Part shown: positions 33,034 through 42,895 of the stretch, piece after piece | How the letters are laid out: every line of letters begins with the position of its first letter | Position numbering within the stretch: position 1 is the stretch's first letter | Origin: Ignavibacteriales bacterium | GTDB lineage: Bacteria > Bacteroidota > Ignavibacteria > Ignavibacteriales > DAOSCP01 | Reading direction: 5' to 3' | DNA length: 64,000 bases | Assembly: GCA_035361425.1 (NCBI GenBank) | Contig: DAOSCP010000016.1 | Coordinates: 4,439 to 68,438, forward strand | Notes under the pieces: generated by a model | Told to the model about the DNA's origin: nothing | Seen by the model: the letters and a program-made list of their open reading frames with translations, nothing else | Database searches by the model: none | Made by a program: the position numbers and the translations under genes

Positions 33034-35883
33034 ATGCTAAAACGGATATTTTTTACATTTGCTTTAATTACAAATTTTGTGCTGGCAAATATTTATTCAT
33101 CTGGAATAAAAATTTCAGATGATACTGTAAGCCAATACAAAAACGCAAACAACACCTGGAGCGGAGATTTTACAAAAACCAAATTGAAAATATGGTTTAT
33201 TCTTAACGAGTCTGGCTCTAATCAGGCTTTTGTAAAAGTATTTATAATGGATGGGGACGATACTATTGCAACAATTACTAAAAATCAATTAAATGCAGGT
33301 GAAAATTTTGTAGTTTGGGATGGCAAAGACAAGAATGGTAAATATGTTGCAACTAAATCTTATAAATTTATCATTCTTGCAAAAGATCCAGTAGGTCATA
33401 ATGTTGTTGATAGTTTATGGGTAACAGGGGCAAATCGCAATGGACAATTAGATTTTGATGGTTTAACAACATTCCCTTACCGTGGCACAGCAGCATATCA
33501 TAATCAAGATATTCCGCAATTTGGGAATATTTTAGTTGCAAGAGGGACTAATTCTGGTGTTAATGGTGCATGGAGATTAAGAGCTGATGGTGAATATTTA
33601 GATAAAATTATTCAAGTACCTTATCAGACTTCTCTTACAAATAGATATTTTGAACTTGGTATATTAAATAATAATGTGTTTTTATTCCCTGGACATTCTT
33701 ATTCCTCAATAGGGAGAAATTATCAGCCAGATGGCACTTTAAAAGATACTTTTAACTTTAAATACAAGAATGCACGTGGTTTTTCAGTTATGGTTGATGG
33801 CGCAGATACTAATATTATCTTTGGGTGCATGGAAAATGCAAGATTTGGGTTATTAAAATTCAAATATCGTGGTACAGATACAGCACTTTTTATTGATATG
33901 AGACCACTTAATCCATCAGGTGGTGGATATATAATAGCTACGGCTATTGATGATGAAAATAATATTTATGTTGCATATGCTAAAACATCTGAAGCTAGAA
34001 AAAGATTAGCTAAATATGATAAAAATGGAAATTTAATCTGGAATAAAGCACTTGATACAGATTGGGGGCTTGCTGCTTCTGGTCTTACTTATCCTTTATT
34101 TAGCAGTTTAGCTTTATATTCTGGGAAAAATAAAAATAGTGCCAGTGATGATAAACTTTATGCTTATATATTTGGCGCTACAGGTGAAAGTGGTATTTAT
34201 GAAATTAATTTAGATGGAAGTAGCATTACAAAGTTAATAACACCAAGTGGTTTTAGTAATTCTACGCAAGCACAAAAGTTAGGTGTTGATCCAGCTGGTA
34301 ATATCATTTATTCCAATGGTTCAGCTCAAGAAAGAATTATTTTATTAACACCAGCGGATGGACCTAATGAATTTATAACACAAAACCCAGTTGGAACTGA
34401 TATTATAGTTACAAAAGTTCCTGTGCAAGTTGATTTTCTGATAAACGAACCATTTAACTATCCAGCAGGAGATAAATTAACAGATCATGGCTATATTGCA
34501 CATAGTGCTGCCGGACAAGGACCTATTCTTGTAGCAGATACAAATTTAATTTATCCAGGTAATATTTTACCAACCAGTGGAAATGCTATAAAAACAATTA
34601 GTCCTACTGGAAAAGAAGATGTTAGAAAGTTTTTTGTTGATAATAAAACTGTAAATTCTGGTAAATTATATGTTAGCTTTTTATTTAATGTTGAAACTTT
34701 TGCAGATGGTTTAGCCGATTATAATTTCCATTTATCTGATAATACAAATAATTCAACTACATTTAAGGGAAGATTTTTTGTTAAAAAAGATGCTACAACA
34801 AAGAAACTATCCTTTGCAATAAGTGAGTCACAAAAAAGTGATAATGTAAATTTTACTAATGCTGTGTATGATACAGCTACAACCTATTTAGCTTTGATGA
34901 TGATAGACCTTGACAAACCATATAAACCAAATTATTTATGGATAAACCCTGATCTTTCTGAACATCCAGATACTAATCTTGCAGATTCTAAAATATTAGC
35001 TACATCCAATTATAACTGGAATTATGGTTCAATTTGTTTTAGACAGGGTAGTGCACAAGGCACAGTTCTTTTTGATGAAATTAAAGTTGGAACAGATTTT
35101 GAATTATTCAAAGTAGAAAAAGATACTACCACTCCACCACCTGCTGATATTGTATTAGATGAATTAAACGAAAACTTTGATGGACTTATTACACAAGATT
35201 TACCACAATACTGGAATGGTGAAAAAGTTAAAGTATTTTTAGATAATTACGGCAATAATAATTCCAAAGGTTATGCTGGTTGGGATATGGTTAATAAAAC
35301 AACACACTGGATAGCTACACCAAGAGTTAAAAATCCAAAATTTGTTTCTTTTTATATAGCTGGTTTTAGTAATAGTGATGAATTTAAAGTATATTTCCAA
35401 AAATCAAGCGATAAAACGAACTGGATTAACATAGATTCAATTTTTGCGCCACCACTTGGTTTTCAATTTACAAATAAGGTTTATAATTTAACCGGAGATG
35501 ATACATTATCTACTTTATATTTCAGATGGTATTGTCCAGATCCTGTTAAAAATGGTTTCTTTATTGATGATGTTGTAATAGGAGAACCACCTGTATCAAA
35601 CGAAAATCCAAAAGTAAACTTGACTTATAATTTACAACAAAACTATCCAAACCCATTTAACCCAACAACTGTTATAAGATTTTCAATACCAAAAGAAGTA
35701 AAGGTTGAATTGAAAGTTTATAACATTTTAGGTCAGGAAGTTGCAACACTTGTAAATAATGTATTAAAAGCAGGTCATTACAATGTTGATTTTAATGCTT
35801 CTAATTTATCAAGTGGCGTCTATATTTGCAGAATTAATACAAAAGATTATACTAAATCTATTAAGATGCTACTGATAAAATAA
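33034..35883 (+). CDS. large secreted protein of unknown function with a T9SS C-terminal sorting domain
   Basis: The ATG at 33034 follows gaggg, and MLKRIFFTFALITNFVLA is a signal peptide. An FlgD-Ig-like segment is present (NAGENFVVWDGKDKNGKYVATKSYKF). The C-terminus QNYPNPFNPTTVIRFSIP..VYNILGQEVATLV..GVYICRI is a type-A T9SS CTD. Confidence 0.8.
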   Translation: MLKRIFFTFALITNFVLANIYSSGIKISDDTVSQYKNANNTWSGDFTKTKLKIWFILNESGSNQAFVKVFIMDGDDTIATITKNQLNAGENFVVWDGKDKNGKYVATKSYKFIILAKDPVGHNVVDSLWVTGANRNGQLDFDGLTTFPYRGTAAYHNQDIPQFGNILVARGTNSGVNGAWRLRADGEYLDKIIQVPYQTSLTNRYFELGILNNNVFLFPGHSYSSIGRNYQPDGTLKDTFNFKYKNARGFSVMVDGADTNIIFGCMENARFGLLKFKYRGTDTALFIDMRPLNPSGGGYIIATAIDDENNIYVAYAKTSEARKRLAKYDKNGNLIWNKALDTDWGLAASGLTYPLFSSLALYSGKNKNSASDDKLYAYIFGATGESGIYEINLDGSSITKLITPSGFSNSTQAQKLGVDPAGNIIYSNGSAQERIILLTPADGPNEFITQNPVGTDIIVTKVPVQVDFLINEPFNYPAGDKLTDHGYIAHSAAGQGPILVADTNLIYPGNILPTSGNAIKTISPTGKEDVRKFFVDNKTVNSGKLYVSFLFNVETFADGLADYNFHLSDNTNNSTTFKGRFFVKKDATTKKLSFAISESQKSDNVNFTNAVYDTATTYLALMMIDLDKPYKPNYLWINPDLSEHPDTNLADSKILATSNYNWNYGSICFRQGSAQGTVLFDEIKVGTDFELFKVEKDTTTPPPADIVLDELNENFDGLITQDLPQYWNGEKVKVFLDNYGNNNSKGYAGWDMVNKTTHWIATPRVKNPKFVSFYIAGFSNSDEFKVYFQKSSDKTNWINIDSIFAPPLGFQFTNKVYNLTGDDTLSTLYFRWYCPDPVKNGFFIDDVVIGEPPVSNENPKVNLTYNLQQNYPNPFNPTTVIRFSIPKEVKVELKVYNILGQEVATLVNNVLKAGHYNVDFNASNLSSGVYICRINTKDYTKSIKMLLIK

Positions 35884-35904
35884 AAATATAATAGAATTAT
35901 AATA

Positions 35905-35946
35905 AAATCGGTCGTTGAGAAATATCGAGACGGCCGATTTTTTTTG
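35905..35946 (+). terminator. intrinsic terminator
   Basis: AAATCGGTCGT-loop-ACGGCCGATTT hairpin followed by a T-run. Confidence 0.75.
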
Positions 35947-36025
35947 CAACAGCTGATTTTTGAACAGTCATATAAAACTTTTATTTTTGACCTTATTTTC
36001 ATACTTTTGCAATTATAATTATTAA

Positions 36026-36640
36026 ATGAGGCATTTAATGAGTGAAATCATTGTATCTGTTCTTTATACTGCGGCACAAATTTTTTCGGATATCGGTTCA
36101 TTGAGAATTGTAAATTTTTTTGGCTTTTCTATCGATGCTGGAACATTTATTTATCCTATCACTTATACATTGAGGGATTTAGTTCATAAAAAAGCTGGAA
36201 AAAAAGTTGCACAAACACTAATATTTGTTGTTGCAGGATTAAATCTTTTTATGGCATTTTTCTTTTGGTTTGTTTCAATTCTTCCGGCCGATATCGTAGT
36301 CGGTCCACAAAGAGAGTTTGGAGCTGTTTTATCACCTGTATGGCGAATTGTAATTGCATCTATAATATCAGAAGTAATAAGCGAGCTTGTGGATACGGAA
36401 ATTTATCATTTTTGGGTTACTAAAGTTACAACTAAATATCAATGGTTAAGAGTATTGGTAAGCAATGCATTTAGTGTGCCGGTAGATAGTGTTATATTCT
36501 CTTTTTTAGCATTTCTTGGTTCTTTCCCTTTCGAAGTTGTAGTTTCAATAATACTTAGTAACATTATAATTAAATATGCTACAACGCTTATAAGTTTGCC
36601 CCTAATTTATACAGTAAATGAAAAAAATTTGAAAGAATAA
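36026..36640 (+). CDS. yhhQ: queuosine-precursor transporter (YhhQ/DUF165, VUT family)
   Basis: Multi-TM protein with FIYPITYTLRDLVHK and ..SNAFSVPVDSVIF.., as in YhhQ. The alternative start ATG 36038 is preceded by an AGG. Confidence 0.8.
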   Translation: MRHLMSEIIVSVLYTAAQIFSDIGSLRIVNFFGFSIDAGTFIYPITYTLRDLVHKKAGKKVAQTLIFVVAGLNLFMAFFFWFVSILPADIVVGPQREFGAVLSPVWRIVIASIISEVISELVDTEIYHFWVTKVTTKYQWLRVLVSNAFSVPVDSVIFSFLAFLGSFPFEVVVSIILSNIIIKYATTLISLPLIYTVNEKNLKE

Positions 36641-36688
36641 AAAAAAATTGTAATTTTCAAGTAACAAAAAAACAACTTAGAGGTTACA

Positions 36689-38776
36689 ATGAAAAAATTA
36701 TTATTACTGCTAACAATTATTGGTATTATTATGGCGCAAAAAGTTGATAAAAACAATCCATTAATTAATGATTTTAAAACACCTTTCAATGTTCCCCCAT
36801 TTGAAAAAATAAAAGTTGAACATTATGTCCCAGCATTTAAATATGCTATAAATGAACAGAAAAAAGTTATCAAAAAAATTGTTGATAATAAGGAAGAACC
36901 AACTTTTGAAAATACTATTCTTGCATTAGAAGAAAGCGGCGAAAGATTATCTATTATATCAAATATTTTTTACAATATCCTATCTGCAAATACAAATGAT
37001 AATTTACAAAAAGCTGCTCAAGAAATTTCTCCAATGCTTTCAAGAGCATCTGATGAAATTTATTTAAATGATAAATTATTTGAAAAAGTAGAAAAAGTTT
37101 ATCAAAACAGAGAAAAATTAGGAGCGGAAGAAAAAAGATTAACTGAAGTTTATTATGATGCGTTTATTAAAAGTGGTGCTAAGTTAACACTAGAACAAAA
37201 GGAAAGAATTAAAAAAATAAATGAAAAACTTTCTCTTTTGAATTTAAAATTTGGGGATAATTTACTTGCAGAAACTAACAACTTTATGCTTGTGATTGAT
37301 AAAAAAGAAGATTTGGAAGGATTACCAGAAGGAGTTATCCAGGCTGCTGCTGAAACCGCTAAAAGAAAAGGGCATGATGGGAAATGGGTATTTACTCTTC
37401 ACAATCCCTCAATAATGCCATTTTTGCAATATTCCAAAAATAGAGAATTAAGATATAAAATCTGGTATGCATGGTCTAACCGTGGCAATAACAATAATGA
37501 ATACGATAACAAAGAAATTATCAAAGAAATGACAAATTTAAGATTAGAAAAAGCTAAAATGTTTGGTTATGATAATTGGGCCGATTATGTATTATCAGAT
37601 GCGATGGCAAAAAATCATAAAGAAGTCTATAAATTACTTGATCAGCTCTGGCAACCTGCTTTAAATAAAGCTAAAGAAGAAGCAGCAGATTTCCAAAAAA
37701 TGATAAACGATGAAGGCGGTAATTTTGATTTACAACCATGGGATTGGAGATTTTATGCAGAAAAAGTTCGTGCAGCTAAATATAATTTTGATGAAGAAGA
37801 AATGAAGCCTTATTTTGTTTTAGAAAATGTTAGAGATGGTATTTTTTATGTGATGAATAAATTGTATGGTGTATCTTTCAAAAAAATTGAAAAAATTCCA
37901 GTTTATCATAAAGATGTAACTGCGTATGAAGTGTTAGATGAAAAAGGTAATCATTTAGCAGTGCTTTATATGGATTTCTTCCCACGAGAAAGCAAACGTG
38001 GCGGTGCCTGGATGACAAATTACATTGAACAATATCATAAAAATGGAAAAGATATCAGACCTGTAATAGCAATTTGTGGTAACTTTACGAAACCAACAGC
38101 AGATAAACCTGCTTTATTAACTGCTGATGAAGTTGAAACTTTCTTCCATGAGTTTGGACATGCTATTCACGGAATTCTTTCAAACTGTAAATACAGAACA
38201 ATTAGCGGAACAAATGTACCACGCGATTTTGTTGAATTACCATCACAGTTTCACGAAAACTGGGCTTTCCAACCTGAAGTTCTTAAAGTATATGCTAAAC
38301 ACTATAAAACAGGTGAAGTTATTCCGCAAGTGTTAGTCGATAAGATGAAAAATGCAGGCACATTTAACCAGGGATTTGCAACAGTGGAATATTTGGCTGC
38401 ATCTTATCTTGATATGGCTTATCATACAGTTTCAACGTCTTTTGATAAAGATCCTAATGAATTTGAAAAAGAAACATTGGATAGAATTGGTTTGATTCCA
38501 CAAATAATTTCAAGATACAAATCTACTTACTTTAATCATATTTGGGGCGGTGGTTACTCTGCTGGTTATTATAGTTACATTTGGAGCGAAGTATTGGATC
38601 AAGATGCATTTTCTGTATTTAAACAAAAAGGAATTTTTGATAAAAATACTGCTGAGGCATTCAAAACAAATATTTTGATGAGAGGTTATACCGAAGATCC
38701 TAAAGAATTATATATAAAATTCCGTGGGCAAGAGCCGGATATTAAACCATTACTAGAAAAGAGAGGATTAAATTAA
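36689..38776 (+). CDS. dcp: M3-family peptidyl-dipeptidase
   Basis: Signal peptide, the zinc motif FHEFGHAIHG with a downstream E, and overall length and organisation like Dcp. Confidence 0.9.
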   Translation: MKKLLLLLTIIGIIMAQKVDKNNPLINDFKTPFNVPPFEKIKVEHYVPAFKYAINEQKKVIKKIVDNKEEPTFENTILALEESGERLSIISNIFYNILSANTNDNLQKAAQEISPMLSRASDEIYLNDKLFEKVEKVYQNREKLGAEEKRLTEVYYDAFIKSGAKLTLEQKERIKKINEKLSLLNLKFGDNLLAETNNFMLVIDKKEDLEGLPEGVIQAAAETAKRKGHDGKWVFTLHNPSIMPFLQYSKNRELRYKIWYAWSNRGNNNNEYDNKEIIKEMTNLRLEKAKMFGYDNWADYVLSDAMAKNHKEVYKLLDQLWQPALNKAKEEAADFQKMINDEGGNFDLQPWDWRFYAEKVRAAKYNFDEEEMKPYFVLENVRDGIFYVMNKLYGVSFKKIEKIPVYHKDVTAYEVLDEKGNHLAVLYMDFFPRESKRGGAWMTNYIEQYHKNGKDIRPVIAICGNFTKPTADKPALLTADEVETFFHEFGHAIHGILSNCKYRTISGTNVPRDFVELPSQFHENWAFQPEVLKVYAKHYKTGEVIPQVLVDKMKNAGTFNQGFATVEYLAASYLDMAYHTVSTSFDKDPNEFEKETLDRIGLIPQIISRYKSTYFNHIWGGGYSAGYYSYIWSEVLDQDAFSVFKQKGIFDKNTAEAFKTNILMRGYTEDPKELYIKFRGQEPDIKPLLEKRGLN

Positions 38777-38880
38777 ATTTTCGAGTAAGATTTCCATATT
38801 TTACGATAGGAAATCAAAATAAAAATAATAAATTGACAAAATTTGAAAAATTAATATATCAATAAATTGTAGAATTGAAT

Positions 38881-38934
38881 AAAAGGTCGTCTAATGTTCC
38901 AAAGTCAATGAGGAATTATTAAGACGACCTTTTT
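38881..38934. terminator. bidirectional terminator hairpin between dcp and ispG
   Basis: AAAAGGTCGTCT..(29-nt loop)..AGACGACCTTTT, with an A-run before and a T-run after. Confidence 0.6.
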
Positions 38935-38971
38935 ATATGGTAAACGGAAAAGGCAACGGTAAAATTAGGTT

Positions 38972-40885
38972 CTAAGGTTCAATCCATTTGCCGTCTTCTT
39001 TAATAATATTTATAAGTTCTTCAACGGCTACATTTTCGTTAACATTCTTTTTAACTGCTTCTTTGCCACGAAAGAGAGTGATTTTCCCAATTCCAGCGCC
39101 GACATATCCGTAATCGGCGTCAGCCATTTCGCCAAGGCCATTTACAATACATCCCATAACGGCAATTTTTACGCCTTTTAGGTGTTCTGTTTTACTACGA
39201 ATTTTGGCAGTGACTTCCTGTAGATTAAATAAAGTTCTTCCGCAACTTGGGCAAGCAATATATTCTGTTTTGGTTATTCTTCGTCGTGTTGCTTGTAAGA
39301 TTGAAAAAGTAACTGTTAAATTTTCTGCGATTGAGTGAGTTAAATTTTTTATCCATAATCCGTCACCAAAGCCATCGATAAAATGTATACCGCAATAGAT
39401 TGAATAATTTACTGTGAATTCTTCAAAGTCGCTAAAGGAATTTGTGTATTTCATCACAACAGGATTTTTAATATTGTATTTTGAAATTTCAATAAATACT
39501 CTTCTCATTTCAAGATAGTTTTGCACTTCAAATATCAAAACGCAATTATTAAAATTATCGCTGTTTAATTTTGGTATGTTATCAAAATGAACTTGTAAAA
39601 AGTTAACTTTATTAGATTTTATTGTAGAGTTTTCAAATTCATTTAGGCTTGCGTAAAATGGGAAAAGATTATTATCTTTTAAGCTTTTCCATTCATCAAA
39701 AGGCAAAATAACTTTTAAATTTCCCGGTAATTCAACTGAAGAATTAAATTTATCAAGATAGACAAAATCTGTGGCTGTTGAAAGGATGTTAAATTTATCA
39801 TCGGATTCGTTATAAATATAACCAAGTTGTTCTAGAGTTTTATAATCTATTGTTTTTGAGTGACTTAAATCGTAAATTACTTGAGGGGGATAAATTCCGC
39901 CAAATTGATGAACATTTTTAGTTTGATATTTATTGTATGAAATACTGTATTCAAAATCTCCAGCATCATAAGTTTCAAATTTTTTGTCAACGGGATAAAG
40001 TTTTGCAATTTTTTGTGCGACAGGAATTTCAAATTCTGGTTCTTCTGTTAATGATACTCTAATAGTATCTCCAATTCCATCTTCTAACAATGCACCAATG
40101 CCAATAGCGGATTTTACTCTTGCGTCAATTCCGTCTCCTGCTTCTGTTACACCTAAATGTAATGGATAATTCATATTTTCGGATTTCATTTTCATTATCA
40201 AAAGCCTGTAAGCTTCAATCATCACCTGTGGATTGCTTGCTTTCATCGATAAGACGATGTTATGATATCCTAAATCTTCGCAAATTCTAACAAATTCCAT
40301 TGCGGATTCAACCATTCCTAAAGGAGTATCTCCGTATCTGTTCATAATTCTATCTGAAAGAGAGCCATGATTAGAACCGATACGCATTGCTGTTCCATAT
40401 TCTTTGCATATTTTTACCAGAGGCGAAAAACTTTCGTAAATTTTTTCCAATTCTTCTTGATATTCCTGTTCAGTGTATTCAATTTGCTGAAATTTCTTTT
40501 TATCAACATAGTTGCCGGGATTGATTCTTACTTTTTCAACAATTCTTGCAGCGATTTCAGCAGCATTAGGTGTAAAATGGATATCTGCAACTAATGGAAT
40601 GTTGTAGCCACGTTTTTTTAATTCTTGCTTGATATTAGCGAGATTTTCTGCATCTTTGATGCTTGGAGCTGTTATTCTAACAATTTCACAACCTGCGTTT
40701 ACCAGTCTTATTGTCTGTTCGACTGTTGCAATTGTATCCATTGTGTTTGTTGTTGTCATTGATTGCAGGCGTATTGGATTATTTCCGCCTATTCCAATAT
40801 CGCCAACTTTTACTTCTCGTGTTTTAAATCTATTGTATTGATGTAATTTATCATAAAATTTTATTCCTGGCTTGATATATTCCAT
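38972..40885 (-). CDS. ispG: 4-hydroxy-3-methylbut-2-en-1-yl diphosphate synthase, long form with an inserted domain
   Basis: N-terminal TIM barrel (IGGNNPIRLQSMTTT), a ~270-aa insert, and a C-terminal 4Fe-4S domain (CPSCGRT..GC.VNG.GE). Confidence 0.95.
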   Translation of the reverse strand: MEYIKPGIKFYDKLHQYNRFKTREVKVGDIGIGGNNPIRLQSMTTTNTMDTIATVEQTIRLVNAGCEIVRITAPSIKDAENLANIKQELKKRGYNIPLVADIHFTPNAAEIAARIVEKVRINPGNYVDKKKFQQIEYTEQEYQEELEKIYESFSPLVKICKEYGTAMRIGSNHGSLSDRIMNRYGDTPLGMVESAMEFVRICEDLGYHNIVLSMKASNPQVMIEAYRLLIMKMKSENMNYPLHLGVTEAGDGIDARVKSAIGIGALLEDGIGDTIRVSLTEEPEFEIPVAQKIAKLYPVDKKFETYDAGDFEYSISYNKYQTKNVHQFGGIYPPQVIYDLSHSKTIDYKTLEQLGYIYNESDDKFNILSTATDFVYLDKFNSSVELPGNLKVILPFDEWKSLKDNNLFPFYASLNEFENSTIKSNKVNFLQVHFDNIPKLNSDNFNNCVLIFEVQNYLEMRRVFIEISKYNIKNPVVMKYTNSFSDFEEFTVNYSIYCGIHFIDGFGDGLWIKNLTHSIAENLTVTFSILQATRRRITKTEYIACPSCGRTLFNLQEVTAKIRSKTEHLKGVKIAVMGCIVNGLGEMADADYGYVGAGIGKITLFRGKEAVKKNVNENVAVEELINIIKEDGKWIEP

Positions 40886-40887
40886 AT

Positions 40888-41400
40888 TTAGTTACCTTTA
40901 ATTTTGTTGATAATTGTTTTTATAAATTCAAGTGATAGCGAGCTATCTTTCGCAGTTATGATATTTCCATTTATTATGATATTTTCTTCCGAATAATTGT
41001 TGTGTTGTAAAAGATGTTTGTTTTGTGAATAACAATTTAATTTTTTATTTATTAAAATTTGATAACTATCAAGTAAAACGGGAGCATTACAAATTGCGCC
41101 AATGATTTTGTTATTATAGTTAAAATTCATAACAATATTTTTTAAGAAATCATTCAACTTATATTCCAGAATTCCCGTGCCGCCTAATATTATCAGAGCA
41201 GTAAAGTTTGATGTATGAAGATTGTAAAATTTGATATCAGGAACTAATCTAATATTTTTATCGCTAATACAATAATTAGCAGTATCAGATATAATTGAGA
41301 ATTTAATTTTTCTTGATATTAAAAAATTTTTGATGATATCTAATTCAATCTGGCTAAATTTTTCTTTTGCAACAAAAATAAGTAAATGATTGTTTTGCAT
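40888..41400 (-). CDS. DJ-1/PfpI-family protein
   Basis: 170 aa; ALIILGGTG.. and GAICNAPVLL (nucleophile-elbow Cys) are typical of the family. It lies 2 nt upstream of ispG. Confidence 0.6.
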   Translation of the reverse strand: MQNNHLLIFVAKEKFSQIELDIIKNFLISRKIKFSIISDTANYCISDKNIRLVPDIKFYNLHTSNFTALIILGGTGILEYKLNDFLKNIVMNFNYNNKIIGAICNAPVLLDSYQILINKKLNCYSQNKHLLQHNNYSEENIIINGNIITAKDSSLSLEFIKTIINKIKGN

Positions 41401-41466
41401 TATTATTGGAAATAATTAATTTTGTGATTTACAAACAAAAATAATAAAAAAAAATAGGATATAAAA

Positions 41467-42186
41467 ATGAAATTAAAAGTAATCGATAGTGGTTTCCAAG
41501 CAGGCAAATATAATATGGATTATGATATGCATTTGGTAGAAAATGTAACACCGGATGAATTTATACTAAGATTTTATCGCTGGCAACCGTATTGCATTTC
41601 TCTTGGAGCTAATCAAAAAGAGGAAGATATCAACACAAATAAATTATATTCTGATGGTTTTGAACTTGTAAGAAGACCAACTGGAGGGCGTGCTGTTTTT
41701 CATGCAGAAGAACTTACATATTCTTTTGTTTGTTATATCAACAATTACTCTCCTATGAGCCTTTACGCAAAAATTAATTCTGCTTTATTAGCTGGCCTTT
41801 CGTTATATGATAACCGATGCACAGGACTTGAGCTTGAACGCATTCAACCTGATTTAAATCAACATTATAAAACTCCGGAAGGAGTTGCTTGTTTTTCTAC
41901 TCCTGCTAAAAGTGAAGTAAAATTTGGTGGTAAAAAAGTTATAGGAAGTGCACAGAAAAAAATCGGTGATAAGATACTCCAGCATGGATCTATACTTACC
42001 GGCGATTTTCATAAAAAAATTGTCGATTATTTGAATTTACCAGAGGTTAAAAAATTGCAAGTAGAGAAAATTATCCAAAGTCAAACTCTTACAATTAAAG
42101 ATATTACAGGCGAAGAAGTAGATTTTGATAAGCTAAAAAAATCTATTATCGAAGGCTTCAAAAAAGAGTTTGCAATAAATGAATAA
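41467..42186 (+). CDS. lipoate-protein ligase / octanoyltransferase family protein (BPL_LplA_LipB domain)
   Basis: RFYRWQPYCISLGANQ..LVRRPTGGRAVFHAEELTYS..KVIGSAQK are the conserved LplA/LipM catalytic-domain motifs. Confidence 0.8.
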   Translation: MKLKVIDSGFQAGKYNMDYDMHLVENVTPDEFILRFYRWQPYCISLGANQKEEDINTNKLYSDGFELVRRPTGGRAVFHAEELTYSFVCYINNYSPMSLYAKINSALLAGLSLYDNRCTGLELERIQPDLNQHYKTPEGVACFSTPAKSEVKFGGKKVIGSAQKKIGDKILQHGSILTGDFHKKIVDYLNLPEVKKLQVEKIIQSQTLTIKDITGEEVDFDKLKKSIIEGFKKEFAINE

Positions 42187-42243
42187 TTTACTAGTTGAAT
42201 TTATATTCAGTATTTTATTGAAATTTTCTACCATTATATATTA

Positions 42244-42808
42244 GTTCTTTAAAACTGGTTTTAAAGAACGCAAAAGGTATTTGTGTTTTGTTTAAAGAAC
42301 TCAAAGGCCTTTGTGTTCTGTTTAAAGAACACAAAGGTGGTTTATGTTCTGTTTAAAGAACGCAAATTAAATAATATTTATTAAAGCAAAATTTATTAAA
42401 AAAAATTAGTTATTGAGTTCATTCTGGTTTATACATAATTAAGTATTGTTTTTTAAAGAATTGTTTTAAAAACACAAAAATTTATCATAATTTTTCAAAA
42501 AGCCAATTATTTATTGCTCTTTAATCCATAATTTAAAGTATAAATAACTTCTTCTTATTATAATGCATTTCGGATTGTATTATTCGTTTTATAAATTTAT
42601 AGTATAGATATTACTCCTTACTATTTTAGAAAATTCAATAAAATCTATATTAAAGTTAGGATAAGATAATGGGAATTATGTTCTATTTAAAGAACACAAT
42701 AAACTTAGTGTTCTTTAAAAAGCCAAATTAAGAACAAAAAAAATTGCAACATAATAAAAATTTATTATATTGTTTTGTGTTCTTAAAATGGTTATTTAAA
42801 GAACATAA
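42244..42808. repeat. left array of degenerate palindromic repeats (half-sites TGTTCT / AGAACA, spacing 6 or 16 bp)
   Basis: N16 copies start at 42244 and 42778. N6 copies start at 42284, 42314 and 42345. A 61-bp composite module (N6 copy, 12-nt gap, N16 copy) spans 42676-42736. Degenerate traces lie around 42445-42480. Confidence 0.85.
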
Positions 42809-42895
42809 AATATTGTTAGATAAATATGTGATAATATTGAATTATAACAATTAAAATATTATTATAACTTTATTGTAATTATATACGGTGCAATT

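Noticed and set aside
38789-38815. GATTTCC-N13-GGAAATC hairpin just after dcp as its terminator.
   Set aside because: The stem is short and AT-rich and has no T-run on either strand. The strong hairpin at 38881-38934 is the more likely terminator.
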